Source: Octopus sinensis (Eukaryota). Taken from it: DNA of 64,000 nucleotides. This document shows positions 24,440 to 36,711 of the stretch, piece by piece. How positions within the stretch are numbered: the first letter of the stretch is position 1; every line of letters begins with the position of its first letter. The stretch covers positions 43,152,001 through 43,216,000 of the forward strand of contig NC_043006.1 of assembly GCF_006345805.1 (NCBI RefSeq), given 5' to 3'. Below the pieces are notes generated by a model that saw only the letters and a list, made by a program, of their open reading frames with translations, made no database searches and was not told where the DNA came from. A program made the translations under genes and the position numbers.

Positions 24440-24633
24440 CAGTTCTATATTTAAGAGATGAGGAATTATGTCCATTATTTACATTATTTACATTTGAAGG
24501 ATATTTGTCCTCATCTTGTTTGCTGTTAACATGTTTCAGCTGATGTACCCTCCAGCCTTCATCAAGTGTCTTGAGGAAATTTTGAACCTAGGTTCTCATT
24601 CCTAAGGTATTCTTCAGTGTTATTATTATTATT
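24440..24633 (-). mobile_element. Hammerhead retroelement body (copy E), headless, ribozyme disrupted
   Basis: Same body sequence AGTTCTATATTTAAGAGATGAGG...CCTAAGGTATT followed by (TTA)n. The core reads TTGATGA and there is a deletion at stem III/I. It abuts the 3' end of a Dong-type LINE. Confidence 0.85.
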
Positions 24634-25034
24634 TTATGTTTGACTTTTGCTTTACAGTTGTACAAGTTGGCTCCAAGTCTCACCCAGAGACCTCAAGAGA
24701 CAACAAGTTGAAAGTTCATGTTGGTGCTATGCCTAGGGTGCCATATATTTGGCTTTGTACATAGTGTTGTTCTAGAGAATGTTTAAGAAGCCATAAGAAA
24801 ATTGTGTTAGTTTTAAAACTTGAGATTACATAGAAAGTATTTTGTGTAGGATATGGGCAGTCCCCATGAACACTATCTTTTGAATTTCTGCCATTCTGGG
24901 GTTTCCTGGTATCTCAGCTAGGTAGCAATCAGCCCCTTTTGCTATCATTCCCAGGGCACCTATGACAACAGGTATTGTTTTAGTCTTCAGGTTACACATT
25001 TTGCTAATTTCTATTTCAAGATCTTTATACTTGC

Positions 25035-25035
<1 letters not shown>
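24634..25035 (-). mobile_element. R4/Dong-type LINE 3' end (family A)
   Basis: SKYKDLEIEISKMCNLKTKTIPVVIGALGMIAKG...IQKIVFMGTAHILHKILSM* plus a 3' UTR shared with 60810-61085. (TTA)n lies on both sides. Confidence 0.88.

Positions 25036-25097
<62 letters not shown>
25036..25097. repeat. (TTA)n microsatellite between two Dong-type LINEs
   Basis: About 20 near-perfect TTA units. Confidence 0.97.
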
Positions 25098-25100
<3 letters not shown>

Positions 25101-26195
25101 TAGTTTTACTTTTATAGCGTGCTTTCACTTCACTACCGAGTGCAGCTCTGTGTGCCTTGGGTATGTGCTGTGAGTTGTTGTGATGCTCTGATGGTTATTG
25201 TATGGAAAGTGTTCTGCGTAGGATGTGTGCAGTGCCTAGTAGTGCAATTTTCTGTATGTTATATGTGTTTGTAAGTCCTGGTGTTTTTGTTATGTATTTG
25301 TCTACCACCTTCTATACGTTGTATATATAGTCTTTCTAATGCAGATTTTGGGTGATGCATCCTAAATCCTGTCATTATTTTTCTTGTTTTCCTATCTATT
25401 TTGGTCAGTTCATTTAGTGTCCAGTTAAGGATATTGTAGCTGTAACTTATAACTGGGACAGTTAAAGTGTTAATACCTATTATCTTGTTTTTAGCATTGA
25501 GCTCTGTTTTTAGTATTGATCTAACTCGTCTATAATATTCTTTTTTTATTTTCTCTTTCGTTTGTGTGTGTTGTGTCTTATCTAGTTCATGGATTCCTAA
25601 GTATTTGTAAGTTTGGGTTTGGTCTAATTCTTTTATTTCATTGGTTTTATCTTGTGTGATGTTGCTACTCTTAACTAGTTTTCCTCTTTTCAGGGTTACT
25701 TTGGCGCATTTTTCTAATCCAAATTTCATATCTATTTCTTTGGTAAATCCATGAACTGTCTTTAATAGTGTTTCCAGCTGTTTGTCATTTGCAGCGTATA
25801 GTTTTAGGTCATCCATATATAAAAGGTGGCTGATCGTTTTGCTGTAACATTTATATCTGCATCCAGTTCTATTTAGCATATCAGATAGAGGTGACATTGC
25901 CAAGCAGAAAAGGAGTGGAGAGAGCGTGTCTCCCTGGAATATTCCTCTTCTAATGGGGATGGCTTTGGTTTTCATGAATCCCTCTTTTGTTTGGAGCTGT
26001 AGCACTGTTTGCCATTTATTCATAGAGTGTCCTATGAATTTTATAATTGTTGGTGCTACTTTGTTAATGGCTAATGTTTCGAGGATCCATGTGTGGAGGA
26101 TGCTATCAAACGCCTTTTTGTAGTCGACCATGGCCATACTGAGGCCTTTCTTCTTTCTGTGGCTGTCTTCAGTTATGACTTTATTAATCAATAAT
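25097..26195 (-). mobile_element. R4/Dong-type LINE (family B): open RT core joined to the extreme C-terminus by an internal deletion
   Basis: ORF 25259-26191 has VDYKKAFDS, RGIFQGDTLSPLLF, HLLYMDDLKLY and YKYLG. After RIEGGR the sequence jumps to ...IQKIALLGTAHILRRTLSIQ*. (TTA)n lies at both ends. Confidence 0.9.
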
Positions 26196-26224
26196 TATTA
26201 TTATTATTATTTATATATACACAA

Positions 26225-27060
26225 CAGATTAGACTGTTGGAAAAGAAAAAATCCTAACATCAGGCTACATGATGCCAAGCACCTTCCTAAGTATCCTAAC
26301 ACCCCTAATAACACTTTCCTGGAGCTCTACTAAACTGGGTTTTATGCCTGTTTTCCCTATCCGTCTGTTCAGATCTTTAGGGATAGTTCCCAATACACCT
26401 ATAACTACTGGGATACATTTTACCCACACTTTCCATACTCTCTGTAATTCAGTGGCTAGGTTCTGGTATTTTGCTATTTTTTCTATACGTCTCATATTGA
26501 TTTTTTTCTTCATTTGGGACTGTAAGGTCAATTATCTAGCACTTTCTAGTCTCTTTATCTACCACTACTAAATCAGGCCTTCTAGCTTCTATTACTCTGT
26601 TAATCTGAATGTTAAAGTCTCACAACATCTTATATTTCTTACTTTCTAGTACTTTACTAGGTTCATGTTCATATCATTTATCAGCATATTCAAATCCTAG
26701 CTTTCTACATAGCTCCCAGTGGATTACTCTCCCTAGGTTGTCATGTCTTTTCTTGTATTCTTTCTGTGCCAGCATGCTACATTCACTTACCATATGAATA
26801 ACATTTTCTTCTTTTGATTTGCATATCTTACATTGGGAATCCACTTGGTTTTTGTCTATCATGGCTTGCATCAAATTAATCCTTAATGCTTTATCTTGTG
26901 CTGCTACTAACAAACTTTCAGTCTCCCTTTTCAGCTTTCCTTTCTGCAACCATAACCATGTCTCACTACTACTATTTGCTGCAACTATCTTTGGAAATCT
27001 ACTATGCAACATGTTCTCCTGCCAGTTAGATAATTTCTGTTCTTTTTTCTGGTTTTTAAC
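26225..27060 (-). mobile_element. R4/Dong-type LINE 3' part (family C): CCHC knuckle and RLE nuclease, decayed
   Basis: LKRETESLLVAAQDKAL, CKICKSKEENVIHMVSEC, RHDNLGRVIHW, RRPDLVV and IPVVIGVLG. Confidence 0.9.
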
Positions 27061-28973
27061 TTTATTATTATTGTTGTTGTTGATGTTGTTAACTGACAGA
27101 AGTTATAGATTGCCTAAAGACTGAGAGTTTTATACACTTTTAGTCCTTGAGTCAGTCTGTAACTTTTGCTGATTAACAAAAAATATATATATAAATCTTA
27201 TTGACATTATCTGATTGCTTTGTTTTTTAAGTACTTGATCACTCTCAAGGATTTCTTTCCTTCATTTACAAATGTTATTTTCTCAAATTAACCACATAGG
27301 TAATTGTTGAGTGCATGGAATAACAGCATATTGCAAATAATCATCTAAATATTGCCAGCATTTTCCTTTTTGATTATTTATTTCTATGAATCAAAATCTA
27401 TAGTAACTAAAAAAATAAAAAGAAAGGTAAAATCAAAATGAACCATCTTTTATTTAATTATAAGAAATCAATACCGCTATACTAATAGAAATATACAACA
27501 TGTGGAAATAGCACTTATGAGTGAGTTGGACTTAAAAAGTGAAATATTTTAGCAAGAGGTTTATATATTTTGTTTTAATTTTGGTTTGTAATATTCATTA
27601 GATATTCAAATCTAATATTTACTTATATTTACCATATCAGCCATGAAGACTTTTCTGTTTGCTTGCTCTCTTTGGTAATCTTGCAGAACCTGAGAAACCA
27701 GTTGGAGCATTCAAGAAAAAAAAAAATTTTTTTTAGATGATGGAGTGAATTTATGAGCAGTTACTGAGATTATTGATTCCATATAGCAAAATGATATGCA
27801 AAAACTTGGTTTTATTTTATGAGAAAATGGATCAACTTAGAATAATTATTCACCCATGACAACACCTAACATGGAACAGATAATTGATTAATTCTTCAAG
27901 AACTTCAAAGATTTAAAGAGAATGAGCAAATAATTTTTAAAAACAACATAGACAAATTTAATATGGGCCAACATGCAGCTACCAAGAATTAAAACATGCA
28001 ATTCATTTTAGCAAACGTTGTATTAATAGTGATGTGTTACAAATACCCAAGTCTTTATACATTGCTGGACCTGGAAAACCTGGGAAAATATTTCTACATA
28101 GGGTTATTCTATCATCTTTGTTAGTAAAGATAGAAACAGTGTAATAGCTAATGCCTTTTCTGTGGTCGTTGTCATCAGCATCATCATCACTTTACATCCG
28201 CTTTCCATGCTGGCATGTGTTGGAAGATTCGACAGTAGCTGGCATGTCCAGGAGCTACACCAGGTTTTATTGTCTGTTTTGGCATGGTTTCTTCAGCTAG
28301 ATGCCCTTCCTAATACTGCCAACCATTTTACAAGGTGTACTGGGTGTTCTTTATGCACTAGCATAGCTAAGGTTAGGGGGGCTGTAGAGGTGGTTCCCCA
28401 CCCCCAAGCAGCACTTTTAAAGGGGTGATTCTTTTGGGTCTGCTGTGGGCAATATGTTTTTTTTTTGTGGGGTCTGGAGGGCAGCAAAAGAAAGGGCCAC
28501 TCCAGGTGGCACACACTCTAGCTACACTTGTGTCAGTATGTGACACCAGCACCAGTACTTTTTACATGGCACCAGTACCAACAGGGTCACCAAGTACCTT
28601 GCAAGACAATAAACCCTCAACTGAGAGGAGGAAGGAGTATTAGGAGCATGTGAATTCATGCCAGTTGAGAGATTAAAGATATGGAGGGAGAGAGATGAGT
28701 ATCTCGCTGAAGTGTGGATACCCCAGTTGGAAAAGAAAGGAGAATGAGTTAGAGAGTAGAATAAAGTGAATGATAATGATAGAGATGATGGCAAATGGGG
28801 TACATATTTTATTACATTCTGTGAAGAGCTTATTCTGTATTAAGTCTTCATTCAATCCAGCTAATGGTTCTGTATAAAATATCACAGCACAGAATAAAAA
28901 GCATTTTATGATATTCAAGATGGTGAGTTAGGATGTGCTATCCGTGTTTTATCATTTCTTTCCAAATACAGTG

Positions 28974-29557
28974 TGTAAGAATTAGCACTTCCTTCTCAAA
29001 GCTTGGATTCGAAATCAGACCCAAGAATCATTGGTCGTAAAATACCAATGCACAAAAAGGCGCGAAATCAGAATCTCTTTGTTCTGACAAAAAATGATGG
29101 ATCGTCTCCCTTCGACCTCTGACCCGAGCAGGTCAGGCGAAGTTTAACAGGACGACCAGCGACCTACTGTACGCAATAACACTCTTGCGGTATATCTATT
29201 TTTCTGGCTATTTGAGATGTTATAAATAGAACGGAGAAATAGGTATCTAGAGAGAACCCGAACCAACGTTTAAGAGAACGCCACACATTTATGAGGACGA
29301 CGAAAGAATAATCAGAAAGGTGACTCTGTCATGCATGATTTACACACACGCACACACACACACCATCAAACATATTCTGCTTTAATGTGTATCCTGTATT
29401 ATGCATTCCTTTAATATGTATTATTTGCAACCACTATTTAATATGCATTTTGTACAAGCGATGTGTAACATTGCTTACAAATTGATGTAGTGATAATAAA
29501 TCTTTAATTTATTACAAAGCACTTATGTATTTATTATACATCCACGCATCCACTACA
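28974..29557 (+). repeat. 5' LTR
   Basis: TGTAAGAATT...CCACTACA. It differs from the 3' LTR by one substitution (29285 A vs 34570 G) and one 1 bp indel near the 3' end. Confidence 0.97.
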
Positions 29558-29558
29558 T

Positions 29559-29569
29559 TGGTGACCCCG
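29559..29569 (+). promoter_or_regulatory. Primer binding site complementary to tRNA-Trp
   Basis: TGGTGACCCCG lies 1 nt after the LTR and is the reverse complement of the metazoan tRNA-Trp 3' end (...CGGGGUCA-CCA). Trp priming is typical of CsRn1-clade elements. Confidence 0.85.
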
Positions 29570-29674
29570 TAAAACGAATCGCGCCTTCCCTGGAACCAGC
29601 TTCATCAACCGCGTCGAAGAATTACAGTTTGCACATCACCAGCAACGAAGCAACTGAAAATTCCGACGAAAACA

Positions 29675-30550
29675 ATGAATCTCCCGGAACAAAACCCAGC
29701 GGCCAACATCGACATGGCATTCCAAGCGGCGATCTCGTTAAAAATTCCACCATTCTGGACCCACGACCCGACATTGTGGTTTCACCATATAGAGGCACAG
29801 TTTGCCTCTCACAGAATATCGAGTGATGCGGCTCGACTTTCTCACGTTATCAGTTCTCTGTCACCAGAAATAACGAATGTGATACGCGACCTTATCATGG
29901 CACCACCCGGTTCTGTTTCATATGAAGTTTTTAAAACCACGTTAATAAACAGAACCTCAGAATCCCAACAAAAAAGACTTCACCAGCTTCTGATATCGGA
30001 AGAATTGGGTGACAAAACGCCGTCCCAGCTTCTTCGGAGAATGAAACAGCTTCTCGGAGATGAGACACTCCCAGAAAAAATCTTCAAGCAACTTTTTCTC
30101 CAGCGTCTGCCCTCCAATACCCAGGTTGTTCTCGCGTCCACCAGAGAAAACACATCCCTTGAAGAACTGGCGGAGCTAGCTGACAAAATAGCCGAAGTAC
30201 CGCACAGATATCCAACGGTATCGACGGTGACGCCAGCCGCTCCCAGTACCAATCCTTTCCGTGCACAAACCAGTTCTTCAGAGATTTCGGATTTGCGTGC
30301 ATTAATGACGCAGCAAGCTGCGCAAATACAAATTCTCACAGCCCAAATACAAGCCCTAAAGTTTAGTCCCCAGCGTCGAAGCACCAGCCGATCTCGACGA
30401 GATGGCAGACGGTCTCGAAGCCCCAGTGCTACCCGAAACTCACATGACACGTGTTGGTACCACCGAACATTCGGAACACGGGCACAAAAATGTACGGTAC
30501 CGTGCTCGTTTTCCTCACCCAGTTCGGGAAACGGCACAGCCAGGAATTGA
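29675..30550 (+). CDS. gag: Retrotransposon Gag (291 aa, intact)
   Basis: [22 protein letters not shown]-terminus, [16 protein letters not shown] and LFLQRLP motifs, and the C-terminal [18 protein letters not shown] (CHCC) zinc motif. Confidence 0.93.
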   Translation: MNLPEQNPAANIDMAFQAAISLKIPPFWTHDPTLWFHHIEAQFASHRISSDAARLSHVISSLSPEITNVIRDLIMAPPGSVSYEVFKTTLINRTSESQQKRLHQLLISEELGDKTPSQLLRRMKQLLGDETLPEKIFKQLFLQRLPSNTQVVLASTRENTSLEELAELADKIAEVPHRYPTVSTVTPAAPSTNPFRAQTSSSEISDLRALMTQQAAQIQILTAQIQALKFSPQRRSTSRSRRDGRRSRSPSATRNSHDTCWYHRTFGTRAQKCTVPCSFSSPSSGNGTARN

Positions 30551-30588
30551 ACGCGACGGAAGTTCCTGGTTCGCACCCACACAGTCGC
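30526..30588 (+). promoter_or_regulatory. -1 ribosomal frameshift signal (slippery G GGA AAC + stem/pseudoknot)
   Basis: Heptamer GGGAAAC at 30526-30532 is in the gag frame (tcG GGA AAC), followed by a 6 nt spacer and stem 30539-30547/30562-30570. pol lies in the -1 frame. Confidence 0.75.
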
Positions 30589-33500
30589 CTGTTTTTCGTT
30601 TGCGATCGTGTAACAGGCACGCGTTTCCTGGTTGACACAGGTGCGGAAGTCAGCATCATCCCAGTCTCCAACACTTCTGGAAAAAGAAAAGAGACATCAG
30701 TCTGTCTTCAGGCAGTCAACCATTCACCCATTCCAACCTACGGTGAACAGTCCCTAACATTAAACATAGGACTACGCCGCACATTTCAGTGGGTATTCGT
30801 CGTCGCTAAACTGCCGACCCCTATCTTAGGAGCCGATTTCCTGCATCATTTCGGTCTCCTGGTAGACATAAAGAACAGACGACTTGTCGACACCACCACC
30901 AAGCTTACTGTGCGCGGTATAGCCGCTCGAATGGACACAGTCAGCCCAACTGTAATGCTTACGACAACGACTCGTCACAGTTCCATCCTGAATGATTATC
31001 CAGATGTCGCCCGGCCAGTTTTTCATAACCAGCCGATAAAGCACGATGTTACCCACCACATCAAAACCAGCGGTCCACCTGTTGCTGCAAGGCCCAGAAG
31101 GTTACCACCTGATCGTCTCAAGGCCGTCAAGCGGGAATTCCAGCACATGCTCGACCTCGGAATCATCCGCGTTTCCAGCAGCAACTGGTCCTCGCCGATA
31201 CACTGCATCCCAAAAAAATCATCGACCGATTGGTGGGTTTGCGGCGATTATCGATCACTGAATAAAAGCACTATCAGTGATGCCTATCCGGTGCCTTTTC
31301 TTCAGGACTTTTCGAGCTCGCTGCATGGAGCTCGCATCTTTTCAAAAATCGACCTGGTGCGAGCATACAACCAAATCCCAGTCGAACCTGCAGACATCTC
31401 AAAGACAGCAGTGACTACACCTTTCGGAATGTTTGAATTCCTGCGTATGCCTTTCGGTTTACGAAACGCGGCACAGACATTCCAAAGGTTTATCGACATG
31501 GTGACTAGAGGTTTGCCTTTCGTCTATGCCTACACAGACGACATACTCGTGGCCAGTAACTTGGACGAAGATCATAATCAACACCTTCACCTGCTATTCG
31601 GACGACTACGTCAATTTGGAATTGTTATCAACCCTACCAAATGTTTGTTCGGAGTTGCTTCCCTTCATTTTCTCGGCCATATAGTCGATAAAAATGGAAT
31701 TCGTCCCCTTCCCGAGAAAGTCAAGGCCATCGTGGATTTTCCACCACCCACATCTCTCCGCAAATTAAGGGAATATCTCGGTCTAGCGAATTTCTATCGA
31801 CGGTTCGTGCCCCACCTCGCTGAAATAGCGCAACCGCTCACGGATTTGCTACGTCAGCGAACCTGCAAAAACGCAGATATAGCTCTGACCGAAGATCAAC
31901 TCGTTTCTTTCGCTGCCCTGAAAAAAGCGTTATCTAGCGCTACCATGTTGGTTTATCCAAAACCAGACGCCCCATGATGTTTACTCGTTGATGCATCCGA
32001 TTCCGGAATCGGAGGTGTGCTACAACAGCTTGTTGACGGTATATGGCAACCGTTGTCTTTCTTTTCTAAGCGGTTAAAACCCGCGGAAACCAAATACAGC
32101 ACATTCAGTCGGGAATTATTGGCGGCATACCTGGCCGTTAAGCATTTCCGTCATATGCTAGAAGGTACCAATTTTGCCATATATACCGACCACAAGCCAT
32201 TAGTATACGCATTTAACACCAAACCGGATCGCCATTTGCCGAGAGAAATTCGTCACCTCGACTTCATATCGCAGTACACGACGGATATACGCCACATCAA
32301 AGGGACGACCAACGTGGCAGCCGATGCACTCTCACGTGCGCAGATCAATGCTATCCACACCACGTCTACAATTGATCTGGCACGTATAGCAGCTGACCAG
32401 GAGAATGACGAAGAACTTCTAAAGCTCCGGAATTCGTCATCTCTGAAATTTCAGCATGTTCCACTACCATCATCCACAGCCCATATTTGGTGTGATTTCC
32501 ACTGGTTACCAACGCCCTTATGTACCACAGAAATATCGTCGAGAAGTTTTCTCCGCTCTACATTCTCTGTCACATCCTGGTATTCGCTCCACTCAAAAGC
32601 TAATATCGACCCGTTTTGTGTGGACCAGTATCAACAAGGATATCAGAGAATGGACCAAGTGCTGTGTTGCGTGCCAAAAAGCGAAAATCCACCGGCACAT
32701 AAAATCACCAATCGGTTCATTTTCGCAGCCCGATGCACGATTTCAGCACGTTCACATTGATATCGTTGGACCCCTGCCACCTTCGCAGAACTATTCATAT
32801 TTGCTAACTTGCGTAGATAGGTTCTCGCGATGGCCCGAAGCCTGGCTCCTATCTGATATATCAGCAGAAACGATCGCTAAAACGCTGATATCACAATGGG
32901 TTTCGCGTTTTGGCACACCCGCAACAATTACCACCGACAGAGGACGTCAGTTCGATTCCCACCTTTTCACCGAGCTGACTCGTCTCCTCGGGTGTAAACA
33001 CACCCGCACTACAGCTTACCACCCTGCAGCAAATGGCATGGTGGAACGCTTTCACCGCCAACTCAAGGCATCTATAAAAGCAGCTCCAGACAGTTCTCAC
33101 TGGTTGGAACATCTCCCTCTCATCCTCCTTGGAATTCGATCCACGATTAAGGAAGAACTGGGATATACTCCGGCCGAACTCGTTTATGGCACAACACTCA
33201 CCTTACCTGGGCAGATGATCGAACCTGTTTCACAAAACTTCCCTGACCCACAACAATATGTGCACCGATTACGAACATCCATGTCGCAAGTATCACCCTC
33301 AGGCCCCAGACAACAGAACGTCGTTTCACGTGTCCCAAAAGATATCAACACATGGACTCATGTCTTCGTGAGGAATGATGGGATACCCTCTCAACTTCGA
33401 CCACCATATTCCGGGCCCTACAAGGTCATCAAAAGAGAACCAAGTATTTCGTCCTCGATATGGAGGTAAACGAAATACGGTCTCGATTGATCGTTTAAAA

Positions 33501-33689
33501 AAAGCTTTCATCGAGGAGGACTTACATTCAGTCCCCTCTTTTCCTCAAACAGACTCGGCAACTCCAGCGAACACCACAGATGCTGCACAACCCCGACACA
33601 CCAAATCAGGAAGAACAGTTCGATGGCCAGCAAGGTTTGTGCAAGTTTTTCGGGTAAGTTCTGAACTCCTAACGTATCCATCTTCCTAA
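30526..33689 (+). pseudogene. pol: Retrotransposon Pol (protease, RT, RNase H, integrase) with one in-frame stop and about three frameshifts
   Basis: [10 protein letters not shown] (PR); [15 protein letters not shown] and YTDDILV (RT); LLVDASD (RH); HPGIRST...C..C and HVHIDIVGP...DRFSR...TDRG...NGMVERFHR (IN); PPYSGPY. TGA at 31975-31977; frameshifts near 32495, 33443 and 33461. Confidence 0.93.
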
Positions 33690-34245
33690 TGAACACATAA
33701 CTGCATCACCCACCCAGAGAAATCAAAGAACATTTGTGTACGTAAAGAAAAAAAAATGAAAACAAAAACTGTCTGTATGAACTTTTACGGAACATTTCAA
33801 AATCGAACTTTGCCGATGAACATTTCTTTCATTTTTGCATGTACATATTTTTTGTTTTCTCTTCAAAATGTTTGCTTTCTCATAAATATATTTTTTTGCT
33901 AACTCTATATCCACACACATTTACAAATCTTGTTCTCATGCGTGCTATCACTCGATTTTTTTTTTCGCCACTGAAAGATACCTTGTCTCTATTAGACCTC
34001 TAGTAGGTCGAGTAATCAATAGACGCACATCTCTTTCAACACGCCAACATAATTCTGCCTGGGCACATATACATATTGCCCATCATATAGCACATACAAA
34101 TTGTAAACCTTTCATCCATATTTTTATCGTTCAATGTGTAAAAAAAATTTCTTTTCTACATGCACACAATCAAAAAAAAAAAAATAATAAAAATAATAAT
34201 AATAATACATTTCCAATATCGTTTGATCTCTGTGGCTTTCTCACT

Positions 34246-34258
34246 AGAAGGGGGGTAG
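34246..34258 (+). promoter_or_regulatory. Polypurine tract
   Basis: AGAAGGGGGGTAG immediately before the 3' LTR. Confidence 0.88.
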
Positions 34259-34843
34259 TGTAAGAATTAGCACTTCCTTCTCAAAGCTTGGATTCGAAAT
34301 CAGACCCAAGAATCATTGGTCGTAAAATACCAATGCACAAAAAGGCGCGAAATCAGAATCTCTTTGTTCTGACAAAAAATGATGGATCGTCTCCCTTCGA
34401 CCTCTGACCCGAGCAGGTCAGGCGAAGTTTAACAGGACGACCAGCGACCTACTGTACGCAATAACACTCTTGCGGTATATCTATTTTTCTGGCTATTTGA
34501 GATGTTATAAATAGAACGGAGAAATAGGTATCTAGAGAGAACCCGAACCAACGTTTAAGAGAACGCCACGCATTTATGAGGACGACGAAAGAATAATCAG
34601 AAAGGTGACTCTGTCATGCATGATTTACACACACGCACACACACACACCATCAAACATATTCTGCTTTAATGTGTATCCTGTATTATGCATTCCTTTAAT
34701 ATGTATTATTTGCAACCACTATTTAATATGCATTTTGTACAAGCGATGTGTAACATTGCTTACAAATTGATGTAGTGATAATAAATCTTTAATTTATTAC
34801 AAAGCACTTATGTATTTATTAATACATCCACGCATCCACTACA
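34259..34843 (+). repeat. 3' LTR
   Basis: Near-identical copy of 28974-29557, followed by TSD AGTG. Confidence 0.97.
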
Positions 34844-35239
34844 AGTGGATATAACATTAAGAGATCTTATAAAAACTGCAAATCTGAAGCTTAAGCATAT
34901 CTTAATAATTTTTTGTTGAAGAATTTCTGAGAGATATTAACTGTAATCAAATGTTGCATCTGATGGAAGATTATTAATGCCAGTTTTAATAATTTACTAT
35001 TATGGACACATTTCAAGGCAGCAAGCGGATATAATTCACAGCATATCAGACAAAATGGTTAGCAGTATTTCTTTTAGCACTTAACATTCTGAGTTCAAAT
35101 CCTACAGTGGTTACTTTGCCCTTCATCTTTTGAGGGTCAATAAAATATGTACCAGCTGAAGAGTAGGATTATTGACATTGCTGGTCTTGTGCCAAAATCT
35201 GAAAATATAATTATTACTATTATTTTTGGGGCCTCACAT

Positions 35240-35372
35240 ATGCAATGACAAGAGACCGAGACCTTTGGAGATGTGCTGTGATTGAGAAGACCCGGCAAAT
35301 GAAGTGAGATCACAGGTGTGGCTGATACCAGCGTCACATAACCAGCCCATTTAAAAGTACCCTTGAATTGTC
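35240..35372 (+). mobile_element. RTE C-terminal/3' UTR fragment
   Basis: ATGACAAGAGACCGAGACC...GAGAAGACCCGGCAA matches the reverse complement of 39055-39110. Confidence 0.75.
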
Positions 35373-35880
35373 ACTGTTTTTTGAATTGAATGAATTGAAC
35401 AATATTTCAACAGATTGTCTGCCATCCTCAGGGTTCCGGATGTAAAATAGAAAGAATGCAGAATTATGGAAATTCAGAATATGAATTGGAATATCATGTG
35501 TTCCTTTTTAAACAAAATGAGGTTATCAGTTTTCACAGAAAGAGAAGAAAACAGAAAAGAGGACACTTAGTCAAAATGCTTTATGTGAATGTTATGGAAT
35601 TCGCTTGTCATTTTGTTCATTCCTTCAGGTGTAATGTTAGTAATTTACAAATATATTTATTCTTATGTGCTTTGAGGACCGAAAATGCAATAGAGTCAGA
35701 ATATTAAACTATAACTCTAACCCCAATAAAACTAGTATTGGACTTTTTGAATACTGCACACTGAAAAACAGATGCAAGCTGTTTTGTTGTGCAACAACAT
35801 GAGGAAAGCCCTGTTTGTTGTGCAACAACATGAGGTAAGTCAATTCCATCACAAATTATGACAGAAATGTTTTGATTTAT

Positions 35881-36097
35881 ACAAGGGGGTGCTGAAAGGT
35901 TCCCGATTTTAAGGGTATCATGAAAGGCCTGGTTGGAGGTCCAACTTCTAGCTTCTTTTATAGGGCTTAGAAAAACTGAAGGACTGCATCAATATGTATG
36001 TGAATATGAAAGGGGGATATGTTGAATAAAATCATAATTAACTGACCCTCCAGTATTTTCTTTTATCCAAGGTCAGAAACCTATCAGCACCCCCTTG
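35881..36097 (+). mobile_element. Third copy of the ~220 bp mariner-derived MITE
   Basis: Aligns end to end with 6139-6357. Confidence 0.78.
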
Positions 36098-36711
36098 AAC
36101 AGAAGGTGGGACCTGTAAAGATTCCCATTTCGTATACACAGTGGAATACACCAAACATAAATTTCTTTATGCCAGTTGCACAACAAAACTATTAGATAGA
36201 AGATTCAATCGCATAGGTATTATGTTAGACACAATTACCGAAGTTTGACGGAAGTTACCAAATAATTTGCATCAAATGGCTGTAACCTTTAGGAGCCCTG
36301 AGAGTGTATATTCTCAGAAAATATTCCAGCTCTGCCGTACTTTCAGTCCTCAAAGCACATGAGGATAAATGTATTGCTGACCAAAGCCTTGTGAGTGGAT
36401 TTGGTAGATGGAAACTAAAAGAAACCTGTCATATATGTATGTATACATGCATTCACATATGTATGTCTTTGTGTTTGTGCCCCTCCACCACCACCACCAC
36501 TGCTTGACAACTGGTGTTGGTTTGTTTATGTTCCTACAACTTAGCATTTCAGCAAAAGTGACTAATAGAATAAGTGATAGAATAAATACCAAGCTTCAAA
36601 AAAAATAAAAAACGTACTGCGGTTGATTTTGTTCCACTCAACCCTTGTAGGTACTGCCCCAGTATGGCCACAGTTCAATGGCTGAAACATATAAAATGTG
36701 GAAGAGGAAGA

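Larger units (their letters stand above)
28974..34843 (+). mobile_element. Full-length Ty3/Gypsy LTR retrotransposon, CsRn1-like clade
   Basis: TG...CA LTRs of 584/585 bp, 4 bp TSD AGTG (28970-28973 and 34844-34847), tRNA-Trp PBS, PPT, gag with CX2HX9CX3C motif, and PR-RT-RH-IN domain order. Confidence 0.97.

Noticed and set aside
29980-30582. 200 aa antisense ORF opposite gag
   Set aside because: It is a shadow ORF of GC-richer coding sequence with no recognisable motifs.
31975-31977. Programmed stop-codon read-through between RT and RNase H
   Set aside because: The context is UGA-U rather than a known read-through context, the position corresponds to an ordinary residue in the connection region, and other lesions show the copy is damaged.
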